A DNA stretch of 64,000 nt from Armatimonadota bacterium (lineage in GTDB: Bacteria > Armatimonadota > UBA5829). A program made the position numbers and the translations under genes. The stretch lies in NCBI GenBank assembly GCA_012522575.1, contig JAAYKE010000049.1, positions 2,445 to 66,444 of the forward strand, read 5' to 3'. Positions 9,734 to 19,664 of the stretch are shown here, in pieces (the first letter of the stretch is position 1; every line of letters begins with the position of its first letter). The notes beneath the pieces were generated by a model. The model saw only the letters and a list, made by a program, of their open reading frames with translations, was not told the DNA's origin and did no database searches.

Positions 9734-11677
9734 TTATTTCACATTGGATCCGGGGCTTACGTCTGCGTCGGGCTGCAGCAAAACCGCCCCTCCATTTTCA
9801 TCGGTGGCCGCCAGTAGCATGCCATTGGAAACAACGCCGCGAATCTTCGCCGGTTCGAGGTTTGTCAGCAGCACGATTTTGCGTCCGGACAATGTGTCGG
9901 GATCATAGTTCTGTGCGATCCCCGCCACGATCTGTCGCTGCTCGTCGCCAAGGTTCACGGTCAGCTTGAGCAGCTTATCGGCGCCTTCTATGCGCTCAGC
10001 CGTCATTATTTCCGCTATGCGAATGTCGAGCTTGCTGAAGTACTCATAGTTGATCTGATCCTGTGATTTCTCCTCTTTGGGAGCCGGAGGCCGGTCTGCC
10101 ATTTTTGTCCCCTCTTTTCGTTTGCTGCCGAGCCTTGGAAAGATCGGATCAGGGCCTTGAATCGCGGTTCCAACAGCAAAAGGCCTGCTTGTCGCTATAT
10201 CGGACCATCTCAGCGATGCAAAGGTGTCGGCTATGCCGAGTTGGCGGGCTATTTCGCGGGCAGTAGCCGGCATAAACGGGGAGATCATTATCGCCGCCGC
10301 GCGTGCGACCTCAAGGGCCGAGTAAAGCGCCCCTGCCAGCTCGTCGAGTTTGTTTTCCTTTGCCAGATTCCAGGGTTGCGTATCGTTTACGTATTTGTTG
10401 CCGATGCCTATCATCTGCCAGACGGCTTCGAGGGCGCGGGTAAACTCGAACTTGTCGCAGGACTCCTGAGCCGATATAGCGGTCTGCGAAATAACGTCCC
10501 CCAGACCTCCGCCGAAATCTTTAGGATCCGGCAGCAGCCCGTCGAAATATTTGCCGAGCATGCTCAGTGTGCGATTGAGCAAGTTGCCGAGATCGTTGGC
10601 CAGATCAGAATTGAACCGGTTTCTGAATGACTTAATAGAGAAGTCCCCGTCCTGACCCAACGGCACTTCGCGCGCCAGAAAATATCTTACCGCATCCAGA
10701 CATACGCCGCGCGTCGCGCCCGATTCATTTGACAACTCTTCGGCTAGAGCGGCAGGGGATATGGCGTTGCCCTTTGACTTGGATATTTTTTCGCCGTCGA
10801 TTGTCCAGAACCCATGCCCGAAAAGCGCCCTGGGCAGCGGCAGATCGAGCGCCATAAGCATGGCAGGCCAGAAAGTGCAGTGGAATCGAACAAATATGTC
10901 CTTTCCCATAAGCTGCAAATCCGCAGGCCAGATGCTTTTGAATCGTTCGTCGTCGCTGAGGTATCCGGTGGCGCTGATATAGTTGATGAGCGCATCGAAC
11001 CAGACATATATGACCTTGCTTTCATCTTCCGGCACGGGGATCCCCCACCCTTTATTGTCCCGGGTTATGGAGACGTCGCGCAGACCTTGCTTGATGAAGT
11101 TGACAACCTCGTTTTTTCGGAACTCCGGCTGTAAAAAATCCGGGTTGGCGTCAATATGGGCAAGCAGTCTGTCGCCATAAGCCGAAAGTTTGAAATAATA
11201 GTTGGTCTCCTCCACCCACTCTACATCACGTCCGCAGGATGGGCACTTGCGATCTACAAGCTCGGAATCTGCAAGAAAAGTCTCACAGGGCACGCAGTAC
11301 CATCCTTCGTAGTTGCCCTCAAAAATATCTCCCTGTTCGAGCAGCCTTTTGAATATCTCCCTGACTACGGTCACGTGCCTCTGCTCGGTGGTCCTGATGA
11401 AATCGTCATATTCTATATCGAGGCTTGCCCACACCTTTTTGAAGTCCTCGGCAAGCTGATCGACATACTCAGCGACGGCAACGCCTTTGTCGGCGGCGGC
11501 TGCGGCGACCTTGATGGCGTTTTCATCGGTTCCGGTGAGAAAATATGTATCGTCACCTTTGAGCCTGTGGTAACGGGATACAATATCCGCCATTATCGTC
11601 GTGTAGGCGTTTCCGATGTGCGGGACATCGTTGACATAATATATCGGAGTGGTGATGTAGTATGCTTTATTGGTCAT
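9734..11677 (-). CDS. metG: Methionine--tRNA ligase with a C-terminal tRNA-binding (EMAP/Trbp111-like) domain
   Basis: 'PIYYVNDVPHIGNAYTT' (HIGH region), 'KISKSKGN' (KMSKS), a CxxC...CxxC zinc knuckle, and a C-terminal 'KLDIRIAEI...LLKLTVNLGDE' tRNA-binding domain; start moved to the internal Met (MTNKAYYITTP). Confidence 0.9.
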   Translation of the reverse strand: MTNKAYYITTPIYYVNDVPHIGNAYTTIMADIVSRYHRLKGDDTYFLTGTDENAIKVAAAAADKGVAVAEYVDQLAEDFKKVWASLDIEYDDFIRTTEQRHVTVVREIFKRLLEQGDIFEGNYEGWYCVPCETFLADSELVDRKCPSCGRDVEWVEETNYYFKLSAYGDRLLAHIDANPDFLQPEFRKNEVVNFIKQGLRDVSITRDNKGWGIPVPEDESKVIYVWFDALINYISATGYLSDDERFKSIWPADLQLMGKDIFVRFHCTFWPAMLMALDLPLPRALFGHGFWTIDGEKISKSKGNAISPAALAEELSNESGATRGVCLDAVRYFLAREVPLGQDGDFSIKSFRNRFNSDLANDLGNLLNRTLSMLGKYFDGLLPDPKDFGGGLGDVISQTAISAQESCDKFEFTRALEAVWQMIGIGNKYVNDTQPWNLAKENKLDELAGALYSALEVARAAAIMISPFMPATAREIARQLGIADTFASLRWSDIATSRPFAVGTAIQGPDPIFPRLGSKRKEGTKMADRPPAPKEEKSQDQINYEYFSKLDIRIAEIMTAERIEGADKLLKLTVNLGDEQRQIVAGIAQNYDPDTLSGRKIVLLTNLEPAKIRGVVSNGMLLAATDENGGAVLLQPDADVSPGSNVK

Positions 11678-11806
11678 TTTATCTCTCTGTATATTGAATA
11701 GGGCATTGGATGCCCGATGAGTATCGGCGCCTGATTTGGCTATCGAAGCGGAGTTCGGCACATCGACGGCCGGTTCCTTCGTGATATCGGTGCAGCGATA
11801 TTGTCG

Positions 11807-12034
11807 CTAACATCCGCCGCATGTGGCGCAATTGCCTGACGAGCAACCCGAGCATCGATCCGCCGAACTATCACAACATTCGCTGTCGGCTGTTCGCGAG
11901 GCGAAGGTAGATATCAACCGGTTTATCTTGCTTGAACCGCAGGTCGGGCATTTGGCTTCGTGTATGCGATTGATTCCTATCAACAATTCAAAACGCCCGC
12001 TGCACCTGCTGCATTCGAACTCGTATACAGGCAT
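11807..12034 (-). CDS. FmdB family zinc-ribbon protein
   Basis: 'MPVYEFECSRCSGRFE....CPTCGS', the typical FmdB CxxC...CxxC architecture. Confidence 0.6.
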   Translation of the reverse strand: MPVYEFECSRCSGRFELLIGINRIHEAKCPTCGSSKINRLISTFASRTADSECCDSSADRCSGCSSGNCATCGGC

Positions 12035-13254
12035 CAGTCCTGATCTCCGTTTGGCCGCAAACGTGATTCGCGTTTATCGTTTGCGCTGTTTCCATTTGTT
12101 TTTTTACGGCGAACCGATCTTCCTGCGCGCTTGCCGCCGTTTCCTGCCTGACCGTTTTGATGTTTGTTGAATCTGCCCTTATTGGCTTTGCGGCCGGAGC
12201 CTTGGTCATGAGAAGTTGTTTCTACAATGTGCACGGCGTCGTCAATATCAGCCGGGGGATCGTCGTCGACTATCACTTCTTCGGCCTCTATTTCCTCTTC
12301 TATCCGGCTGCAATCCTGCCCGTCAAGACAGATCGGATGGCAATGCGAATCAGACATATTGCATCCGATGCCATGCCTGCGGCACATCCCTCTCATATCG
12401 ATGCTGGATGCAGGCAGGTGAAATTGGACGCCTTCCTCCGTTTGCACCGTGATTTCACCGCTCACATAATTTACGTCGATGACCTTGCCGCGTCCCTGTT
12501 CGAGCGGCAGAATAGCTCCGACCAGTGGCATTGACAACTGAGCTTCTTTGTAGAAATCGTGTTCGTATCTGAGGCAGCACATCAGCTTGCCGCAACATCC
12601 GGAGAACTTGGCGGGATTCAAAAACAGGCTCTGGTCCTTGGCCATCTTCATGGAAATAGGATCAAATGAGCTTAGAAACGTCGAGCAGCACAGCGGGCGG
12701 CCGCAGGTGCCGTATCCGCCGATCAGCTTTGCCTCGTCACGTACGCCTATCTGGTGCAGTTGGACTTTGATCCGCAGAGCGCCCGCGACATCTTTTACCA
12801 GCTCTCGAAAGTCAATCCTGCCATCGGCTGAAAAGGAGAACGTAACCTGAGATCCGTCGAATGCGTATTCGGCTTCCAGCAGTTTCATCGGCAGGCCGTG
12901 GTCGGCTATTTTTGTCTGGCATACCTGAAAAGCATGAATCTCGCGCTCTCTGTTTGCGGCTTCACGTTGAAGATCGTCCCCTGAAGCCAGACGAACGATT
13001 CTCTTCAGCGGCGCTACCAGATCGGTCTCGGCCACCTCCCGCGGCTCCAGCACTACCTCGCCAAACTCCATTCCTCGCGCGGTCTCGGCGATTACGAAAT
13101 CACCCTCGTTAAGAGCAAACTCTACTGGATCGAAATAGTAGACCTTACCTACTTTTCTGAAGGAAACGCCAACAACAAGCGGCATATATAAAGTCCTTTG
13201 ACCCGGGGTCAGTTCAGTTGGTTCGTGCGCACGACATTCGGACGCACAGCCCAT
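12034..13254 (-). CDS. PSP1/RicT (YaaT-like) domain protein with a long basic C-terminal tail
   Basis: Cys-rich PSP1 C-terminal core 'GGYGTCGRPLCCSTFL...FSGCCGKLMCCLRYE'; the C-terminal 90 aa are Lys/Arg/Gly/Asn-rich low complexity; the real start is possibly the internal Met near 13185. Confidence 0.7.
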   Translation of the reverse strand: MGCASECRAHEPTELTPGQRTLYMPLVVGVSFRKVGKVYYFDPVEFALNEGDFVIAETARGMEFGEVVLEPREVAETDLVAPLKRIVRLASGDDLQREAANREREIHAFQVCQTKIADHGLPMKLLEAEYAFDGSQVTFSFSADGRIDFRELVKDVAGALRIKVQLHQIGVRDEAKLIGGYGTCGRPLCCSTFLSSFDPISMKMAKDQSLFLNPAKFSGCCGKLMCCLRYEHDFYKEAQLSMPLVGAILPLEQGRGKVIDVNYVSGEITVQTEEGVQFHLPASSIDMRGMCRRHGIGCNMSDSHCHPICLDGQDCSRIEEEIEAEEVIVDDDPPADIDDAVHIVETTSHDQGSGRKANKGRFNKHQNGQAGNGGKRAGRSVRRKKTNGNSANDKRESRLRPNGDQD

Positions 13255-13405
13255 CGGCTACTTCTAATTTTACCACAGCCAAAAAACACCGGCAAATTTT
13301 CTAAAAACTGGTGGAACAAATATGTTTGCTGCGTCGTATATATATTAGCAAACCTTCCCACCCTCTTTTCTCCTCCCCGGTCTTCCAAAGATCGGGGAGC
13401 TTTTT

Positions 13406-13512
13406 TGTAACTGCTCACGAATGATGAGTACACCTGCCGTAGTTTCCGATCTCCATTTCGGACAAGGCTTCGACAGAGGCCAGCCACAATCACTCACGAA
13501 GAGTAAGTTGTT
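13406..13512. repeat. MITE-like repeat, minimal copy (copy E)
   Basis: Begins 'GTAACTGCTCACGAATGATGAGTAC..CTG.CCGTAGT.TCCGATCTCC' and ends 'CACTCACGAAGAGTAAGTTGTTAT'; its termini are inverted complements, and it shares modules with the copies at 20945, 31502, 34612 and 61047. Confidence 0.6.
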
Positions 13513-13637
13513 ATTTTTTCATCCCTGACAGGCACAAAAGCCGGGCAGGATGGTTGGTCGCAGGGATGCTGAAACGAGACAGGCGAGGTCGATTCGGACC
13601 CCACCTGATTCACAATGGTAACGTCACAGACAAATAA

Positions 13638-15551
13638 TCAGCGAACCTGAGACGCATTCACGCCTACGCTTTCACCGACCAGCGCGCAGGCTTTCGCGTA
13701 ACCGCCGACGTCAAATACCGTCCGATCACCGATCAGACAAGGCGCGGAGTCCATAACCAACTCCTGCCCGTTGACTCTCGCAACCCAGCTGCCTATCCGC
13801 ATCTCAAACACGATATCGCCGACATAGGCCGTGACCGTGCGCGTAGCAGAGTCCCAGAACAACACTCCGCCCATATCTTCGAAGAACGACCTGGCCTTGA
13901 CCTTGCCGGTTACCGGCTTGGCGGGTTTTGTTATACGAGCAGGCGCGCGTTTGGGCGCATCCGGAGGGCTTGCTATGGCCGGGCTTGCCTGCAGATTGCC
14001 CGGCATAGAGTGCAGATTCGGAGCTAATGCTACCTGAACCCTTGCCAGCATTTCCTTTGACAGCCTGGCAGGCTGATCGATTATCACAGGAGCAGCGCAA
14101 ACAGGCGCGCTGAGCGATGCAGGAGAAGTGTCAGCTTGTTTTAGATCGCCGCATATTGACGACGACACCATATTCCCTGCAGAGGACGCCGAAGGGGAAT
14201 CCAGCGTAATCGGAGCTGCCGCTACGGCAGGCTGCACAGCCGGATTTTGCCGGGTTTGTTGCAATAAAGCGGATGGGTTTGCAGAGATTGCCTTGCCCGC
14301 ATCAGCTGTAAGTTTAGCAGGTTCGACCGCCACCTCTGTAGCCGAGGGCTTGCCGGCGACGGGCGCGGCAGCAACCATATTGACCGCATCCAACCGATAA
14401 GTCGGGGATGACGCGGTGGCAGATGCCATTTTCACCGGCTCCTGCGCCAGCACGGGAGCTGCTATTTTAGCGGTAGTTTCCCTGCCTGCGATCTGAGGAG
14501 CGGCCGCAGCCATTCTCAAATCCGGCTTGGGAGTCGGGTTTGCGGATTGCAGGTCGGGTTTAGCCGATACAGGGACGGTTTTGGGAGCCGCCAACGACGC
14601 CTTCGGCATTTCGACAGGCTTGGGAGCCGCCGTCACAGCTTTGGCTACCTGCACGGGTGTAGGTGCGGATGCCACCGCTTTAGGCTGCGGTTTGACCGAT
14701 GCGGCAGGAGGGGCTGTATAGGTTTCTTCGTGATTCCTTGACACACTTCTACCGGCAGACGAAAACGATGATTCGGTTACAGGGTCGAGGCTGGGAACGT
14801 AGTCATCTTCCATGACTTCGTCCGGCAGTTCGCCATCCTGCCGCACAACAGAAAGCGTGGTCACAACCGGCCTTTGCGATCCGTTGCGGAACCTCACATT
14901 GACTACAGCCGGGTCGCTTTTGTTGCCCGCGCCATCGTAAGCGTAAGTGGTGAGGGAGTGATCTCCATCGGGATATGTCGTGGTGTCTAAATCATAGTTA
15001 TATGGCGGCGTGTTTTTGATGAGCTTGAGCACGTCGTCGACAAGCAAACTGACCATCGGAGCTTCGCCGCTATCGTCTGTTGCATGGATTTTAATCGTTG
15101 CAGAGCCGGTCAAAATATCTTCGGAGCTGATATTGACGAAGGTCACCACGGGAGGTCTGGTGTCTATTACTCCCCGGCCCTGACCGTTTCGACCGACAGC
15201 GCCGGTTCCGTAGACTTTTGATATCAATTGATCCCCGGAAAGCACCTTTACTACCAGGTTGTGGGTTCCCTGCGCCTCACGGGTTACATCCCACCAAAAT
15301 GAGCATACGCCTCTGGACTCCGGGTTGCCCAGAATCTTTCGGGAATAAAATTTGCCGTCTACATATAGCTCGAGCGATGTAACCAGAAGCTCAGACTGAG
15401 TATTGTAACCGACAGCCACTTCTACCCTTGCCCCGGATACGATCTGTCCGGGCTGCGGGGATAGCCAGGCAGCCATCGTTCCTTCGGCCGCCGAAACTGC
15501 TGCGGGGGTGAACATGGCCATCACGATAGCCAAAGAAATCCAGCGTCTCAT
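13638..15551 (-). CDS. Secreted protein with Ig-like/Big-type domains, a Pro/Ala-rich linker and a C-terminal copper-amine-oxidase-N-like domain
   Basis: Signal peptide 'MRRWISLAIVMAMFTPAAVSAAEG'; a long 'PKP..APKPVE..AAP' low-complexity stretch; C-terminal 'TVTAYVGDIVFEMRIGS..ARVNGQELVMDSAP'. Confidence 0.4.
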   Translation of the reverse strand: MRRWISLAIVMAMFTPAAVSAAEGTMAAWLSPQPGQIVSGARVEVAVGYNTQSELLVTSLELYVDGKFYSRKILGNPESRGVCSFWWDVTREAQGTHNLVVKVLSGDQLISKVYGTGAVGRNGQGRGVIDTRPPVVTFVNISSEDILTGSATIKIHATDDSGEAPMVSLLVDDVLKLIKNTPPYNYDLDTTTYPDGDHSLTTYAYDGAGNKSDPAVVNVRFRNGSQRPVVTTLSVVRQDGELPDEVMEDDYVPSLDPVTESSFSSAGRSVSRNHEETYTAPPAASVKPQPKAVASAPTPVQVAKAVTAAPKPVEMPKASLAAPKTVPVSAKPDLQSANPTPKPDLRMAAAAPQIAGRETTAKIAAPVLAQEPVKMASATASSPTYRLDAVNMVAAAPVAGKPSATEVAVEPAKLTADAGKAISANPSALLQQTRQNPAVQPAVAAAPITLDSPSASSAGNMVSSSICGDLKQADTSPASLSAPVCAAPVIIDQPARLSKEMLARVQVALAPNLHSMPGNLQASPAIASPPDAPKRAPARITKPAKPVTGKVKARSFFEDMGGVLFWDSATRTVTAYVGDIVFEMRIGSWVARVNGQELVMDSAPCLIGDRTVFDVGGYAKACALVGESVGVNASQVR

Positions 15552-15665
15552 CGCTGTCCTCCCATTGGTGCTTTCATCCTGTCAAGAATTACAAAACTGT
15601 ACCACGAGCCATCCCAAAAGTCAACGATAAAGGCGTAATTTTCGGCCTGCCATTGGCGCGCTGCA

Positions 15666-16886
15666 TCAGGGTATCGCTTTTCTGATCTGCTCCGGGCTGA
15701 CCAGACGGGCAGCAATGCCCTGAGCGGAAGCTATTGCCCCGGCAGCACCTGCTGCGGCCCCAATGCCCAGGCATATTGTCATCACTCTGTATGATGCGTG
15801 CGCGTCGTGGCTGCCGCTGATGCATCTGCCTGCGAGCAGCAATCCGTCGATTTCACGCGGGACCAGACACCCATAAGGTATGTCGTACGGGCGGCATTCC
15901 ACCGCAGATCCCTCCGATTGTCCCGGCCCGTCGGGGTTGTGTATATCGATCACGAACAGTGCGTCCTGCACCACTGCATCCGGCCTTTTTCGCCCTTCGA
16001 GCAGATCGCTGCGCGTGAGATATTCGCATCCCAAAAACCGCCTTGTTTCCCGAACTCCTATTACGGCAGGCATCTCGCTGATAAAGCAATCTTTGTATCC
16101 GGGAGCGTGTTTTCTGAGGAACTCGGTCACCTGATATGCCTGTTTGCGGCCCTCTATCTCCGCTTTGGTGAGATCGGCGGCGGAGGTTGGGTCTATATAG
16201 TTGACTTGAGTGGCGTTTACGGTGACTTCGGAGGGTCGCCGGGTTGCGTAGGTGCGAATAACGCCGACGTTTTTCGGCAGTTCGCCATCGCGCATGCCCT
16301 GTTCTACTATCTGTTCCCAACTGCCTTTAGCAAGCATGAGGGCCGCCGCCGCCCCTTCGCTGCCGCACAGCAACGGAGAAGGCCCTACTCCGCCGATTCT
16401 AAACATAATCGAAACCGGCTGGGTGAGTCCATCTTCAGGACGGCCCTGCTCGAATGGGACTCCGGCTGAATGCGCAATGATCCCGTCCCCGGTTGCGTCG
16501 ATCGTAACCGCCGCATATAAATCTAATTGTCCCTGATTCGTATAGCACGTACAACCTGTGACTGTGTCGCCATCCATAATCGCCCGAACTGCATAAGTAT
16601 GTAGAAGTATTTGCACGTTTTCTTGGACAAGCAAATCGGCATAATCGATGTCCAACCTGGCGGGATCGACCTCTCGCCCTCCAAGGTATTGGAGTATATC
16701 GTTTACAAATTGGCTGTTAACCATGCCAAGGAATGGGGAGACCAGGGCATTGGTGGCCATCCCGCCAAGCCGCCCGCTGCGTTCTATAAGAAGCGTATTC
16801 GCACCTGCCCTGCCTGCCGCGAGAGCCGCCGCGAACCCTGCCGGCCCTCCCCCTGCCACAAGAACATCAACTCGACTTTTGTCCAC
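15666..16886 (-). CDS. FAD-dependent oxidoreductase (pfam12831-like)
   Basis: N-terminal dinucleotide fold 'VDVLVAGGGPAGFAAALAAGRAG...LLIERSGRLGG'. Confidence 0.6.
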   Translation of the reverse strand: MDKSRVDVLVAGGGPAGFAAALAAGRAGANTLLIERSGRLGGMATNALVSPFLGMVNSQFVNDILQYLGGREVDPARLDIDYADLLVQENVQILLHTYAVRAIMDGDTVTGCTCYTNQGQLDLYAAVTIDATGDGIIAHSAGVPFEQGRPEDGLTQPVSIMFRIGGVGPSPLLCGSEGAAAALMLAKGSWEQIVEQGMRDGELPKNVGVIRTYATRRPSEVTVNATQVNYIDPTSAADLTKAEIEGRKQAYQVTEFLRKHAPGYKDCFISEMPAVIGVRETRRFLGCEYLTRSDLLEGRKRPDAVVQDALFVIDIHNPDGPGQSEGSAVECRPYDIPYGCLVPREIDGLLLAGRCISGSHDAHASYRVMTICLGIGAAAGAAGAIASAQGIAARLVSPEQIRKAIP

Positions 16887-17026
16887 CTTTGCATACCCCG
16901 CTCAGAATATTATCGATTTCACCCCATACGGCCTGTGTAAAATCTTAGCCAGACGGCCGGTACTTCCCTTTGTTTTGCATGCGTTGTAGAATGTAGACCT
17001 ACTAGCCCCAAAAACGGGAGGTATCA

Positions 17027-19474
17027 ATGGCGCTCGATAAATATGGATATTTTTCCGAAGACGGCAGGGAATTCATCATCACTCGTCCGGATACTCCGGC
17101 TCCGTGGGTAAATTATATATCCAATGGCCGATATACCGGGCTTGTCTCCAATACGGGAGGCGGGTTCAGCTACTGGATGGATCCGCGGGATAGCCGAATC
17201 ACCCGGTTCCGCTATAATTCGCTCCCCATAGACCGACCGGGCCGCTACGTATATATAAAGGATGAGGACGGCGAGACGTGGAGCCTGTCCTGGCAGCCTA
17301 CCGGTCATAAACCGGACAGCTATGAATGTCGCATTGGACAGGGATATCAGACGATTAAGCAGCAATATCGCGGCATTGGCAGCGAGATTGCGTATTTTGT
17401 GCCGCTCGGAGATGACCTCGAGATATGGCTCATCAAGCTGCGTAACGAGACCTATGAGCCAAAGCGACTGTCGATTACAAGCTACGTTGAGCTTTGTTTG
17501 GGACACGCGCTGCAGGATCTCATAATGCAGCCAAACGATCAGCATTTCAATCTTGCCAGATTCTCACACGATGATAATGCCATTTTCGCCACCAAAAACT
17601 ACTGGGTAACGAATAGAGGAGTCTCGGTCGCGCAGCCGAATCAGGCGTGGGATAAGTATGTCTTCTTCACATCGGACCTTGCGGCAAACTCATGGGATTG
17701 TCTGAAAGATGCGTTCATCGGGCCTTGGCGAAGCGAGGCTAACCCCGTTGGAATAGAGAAAGACCTGCTGGCGAACACGGATATTACGTCCGGGGACGCC
17801 TGCGCTGCACTGCGTGGTGAGGTTGTGCTTGAGGCCAAACAGGAGGCGGAGTTTGTGGTGCTGATGGGCTGCACCCCCGCTTCTGCTGATAAAGACGGGC
17901 TGGCTATTCCCCCTCCCGGCGCTAGGGAGATGATAGCGAAATATCGTTCTCCGAAAGCGGCGCACGAAGAGCTTGATAAGGTCAAGGCTTACTGGGATGC
18001 ATATCTAGCCTCCGTTCAGGTGCAGACGCCTGATGATGAGATGAACATTATGCTCAACGTCTGGGGCAAACGGCAGAGCTGGGTTACTTTCAACATGAAC
18101 CGCAACGCGGGTTATTATCACGGCGGGTTGTTGTTTGGAGTGGGAATCCGCGATCAATGCCAGGATATGATGGGGCCGATTTTGAGCGTGCCTGATCAGG
18201 TCGAGGATAGACTGCTGGAGGTGCTTTCCAAGCAGTTTGCCGACGGCAGCACCCTGCATAACTATTTCAAGCTTACCGGAGTCGGCGAAAAGACCGGCCA
18301 TTCCGACACGCCGCTGTGGCTTCCGCTGGCTGTGATCAACTATCTTAAGGAGACCGGGGACTGGACTTTCCTTATGAAGATCGTCCCGTTTTATGATGGC
18401 GGGGAATCTGACGTGCTTGATCACGTGATGCGGGCGTGCGATTATGTGCTTTCGCAGTTGACGGAGAATAATTTGCCGAAGTTCGGGCCTGGGGACTGGA
18501 ACGACACGCTCGACTACGTTGGCCGCAAAGGCATAGGAGAGAGCGTGTGGGTGGCGCATTTCCTGTGTTATATTCGGCGGGAGACCGCCGAGATGCTGGA
18601 TAATTTCTGCGAGGGAACTCCGTGTCCGGGCGCTGTCAGAATAAAAGAAGCCGCCGCTCGATATCGGGCGCAGTATGACCTGATAAAAGCCGCCCTCAAC
18701 GATCGATGCTGGGATGGAGAATGGTATATCAGAGGCATTCGAGACGATGGCAAAGTTATCGGATCTGCCAAAAATACGGAAGGGCGTATATTTATGAACG
18801 CCCAAAGCTGGGCAGCGATATCCGGGGTTGCCGACAGCAGACGTGCCAAGATGGCGATGGACTCAGCGGACCGACTGTTGATAACTTCGAGAGGGCCAAA
18901 GATCTTATCCCCAAGTTATACACAGGTTGATTCCGGTGTCGGGCTTGCGACTAGATGTGTGCCGGGCAAGAAAGAAAACGGTGCGATTTTCAATCATGTG
19001 GCGGCCTGGGCGATTTTGGGCAACTGCGTCATCGGGGAAGGCAATCGCGCATATAGCTATTACCGAAAAACTTTGCCAATGGTGCAAGCGACGGACCCTG
19101 ATGTGTATAAGATGGAGCCGTATGTTTATTCAGAATATGTCACCAGCGACGATCATCCGACATTCGGGCAGGCGAGCCATGCCTGGCTTACGGGGTCGGG
19201 AGTGTGGATGTTCCGCGATGGGCTGGATTATATTCTCGGCGTCCGTCCTGCATACGATGGTCTATTGATCGACCCGTGCATTCCCGATTCATGGGATGGA
19301 TATAAAGTCACTCGAAAGTTCCGTGGCGCGACATACCAGATCGAGGTAAAAAACCCGAACCACGTGCAACGGGGAGTTGCCAGTATCACCGTGGACGGCC
19401 AGCCAATCGAAGGCAATGTTATACCCGCGTTTGACAAGGGCAGCCTCGTCAGGGTTGTATGCGTGATAGGATGA
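17027..19474 (+). CDS. GH94 family glycoside phosphorylase (cellobiose/chitobiose phosphorylase-like)
   Basis: The N-terminal block 'FSEDGREFIITRPDTPAPWVNYISNG...GGGFSYWMDPRDSRITRFRYN..P.DRPGRYVYIKDEDGETWS' closely follows the conserved cellobiose phosphorylase N-terminal domain; 815 aa is typical of GH94. Confidence 0.65.
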   Translation: MALDKYGYFSEDGREFIITRPDTPAPWVNYISNGRYTGLVSNTGGGFSYWMDPRDSRITRFRYNSLPIDRPGRYVYIKDEDGETWSLSWQPTGHKPDSYECRIGQGYQTIKQQYRGIGSEIAYFVPLGDDLEIWLIKLRNETYEPKRLSITSYVELCLGHALQDLIMQPNDQHFNLARFSHDDNAIFATKNYWVTNRGVSVAQPNQAWDKYVFFTSDLAANSWDCLKDAFIGPWRSEANPVGIEKDLLANTDITSGDACAALRGEVVLEAKQEAEFVVLMGCTPASADKDGLAIPPPGAREMIAKYRSPKAAHEELDKVKAYWDAYLASVQVQTPDDEMNIMLNVWGKRQSWVTFNMNRNAGYYHGGLLFGVGIRDQCQDMMGPILSVPDQVEDRLLEVLSKQFADGSTLHNYFKLTGVGEKTGHSDTPLWLPLAVINYLKETGDWTFLMKIVPFYDGGESDVLDHVMRACDYVLSQLTENNLPKFGPGDWNDTLDYVGRKGIGESVWVAHFLCYIRRETAEMLDNFCEGTPCPGAVRIKEAAARYRAQYDLIKAALNDRCWDGEWYIRGIRDDGKVIGSAKNTEGRIFMNAQSWAAISGVADSRRAKMAMDSADRLLITSRGPKILSPSYTQVDSGVGLATRCVPGKKENGAIFNHVAAWAILGNCVIGEGNRAYSYYRKTLPMVQATDPDVYKMEPYVYSEYVTSDDHPTFGQASHAWLTGSGVWMFRDGLDYILGVRPAYDGLLIDPCIPDSWDGYKVTRKFRGATYQIEVKNPNHVQRGVASITVDGQPIEGNVIPAFDKGSLVRVVCVIG

Positions 19475-19664
19475 GATTTGCCGTCTGAAGATGTCATATC
19501 GCGGGCTTGTGATATAATGAAGGGGATTGAAGCCGCTGTTTTGTAACCGGCAGCGATTGGAGACCTTTGTAAGCTTGCGGTCGGGCCGGTAACCGTTGCA
19601 TCGAAGGATTTTATGGTGGGTTAAACCACATCACATTTCAGGATAAACAAAAAGGAGTCCAGTT

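Noticed and set aside
9361-9969. 202-aa + strand ORF overlapping the Lrp regulator and the metG 3' end
   Set aside because: It overlaps two supported minus-strand genes, and its translation is an Arg/Ser/Pro-rich shadow frame.
13209-13493. 94-aa minus-strand ORF upstream of the PSP1 gene
   Set aside because: It overlaps the MITE-like copy E and the intergenic region and has no RBS or motif, so it is likely spurious.
18005-18805. 266-aa antisense ORF inside the GH94 gene
   Set aside because: It is a shadow ORF, and the GH94 reading frame is strongly supported by its conserved N-terminal domain.
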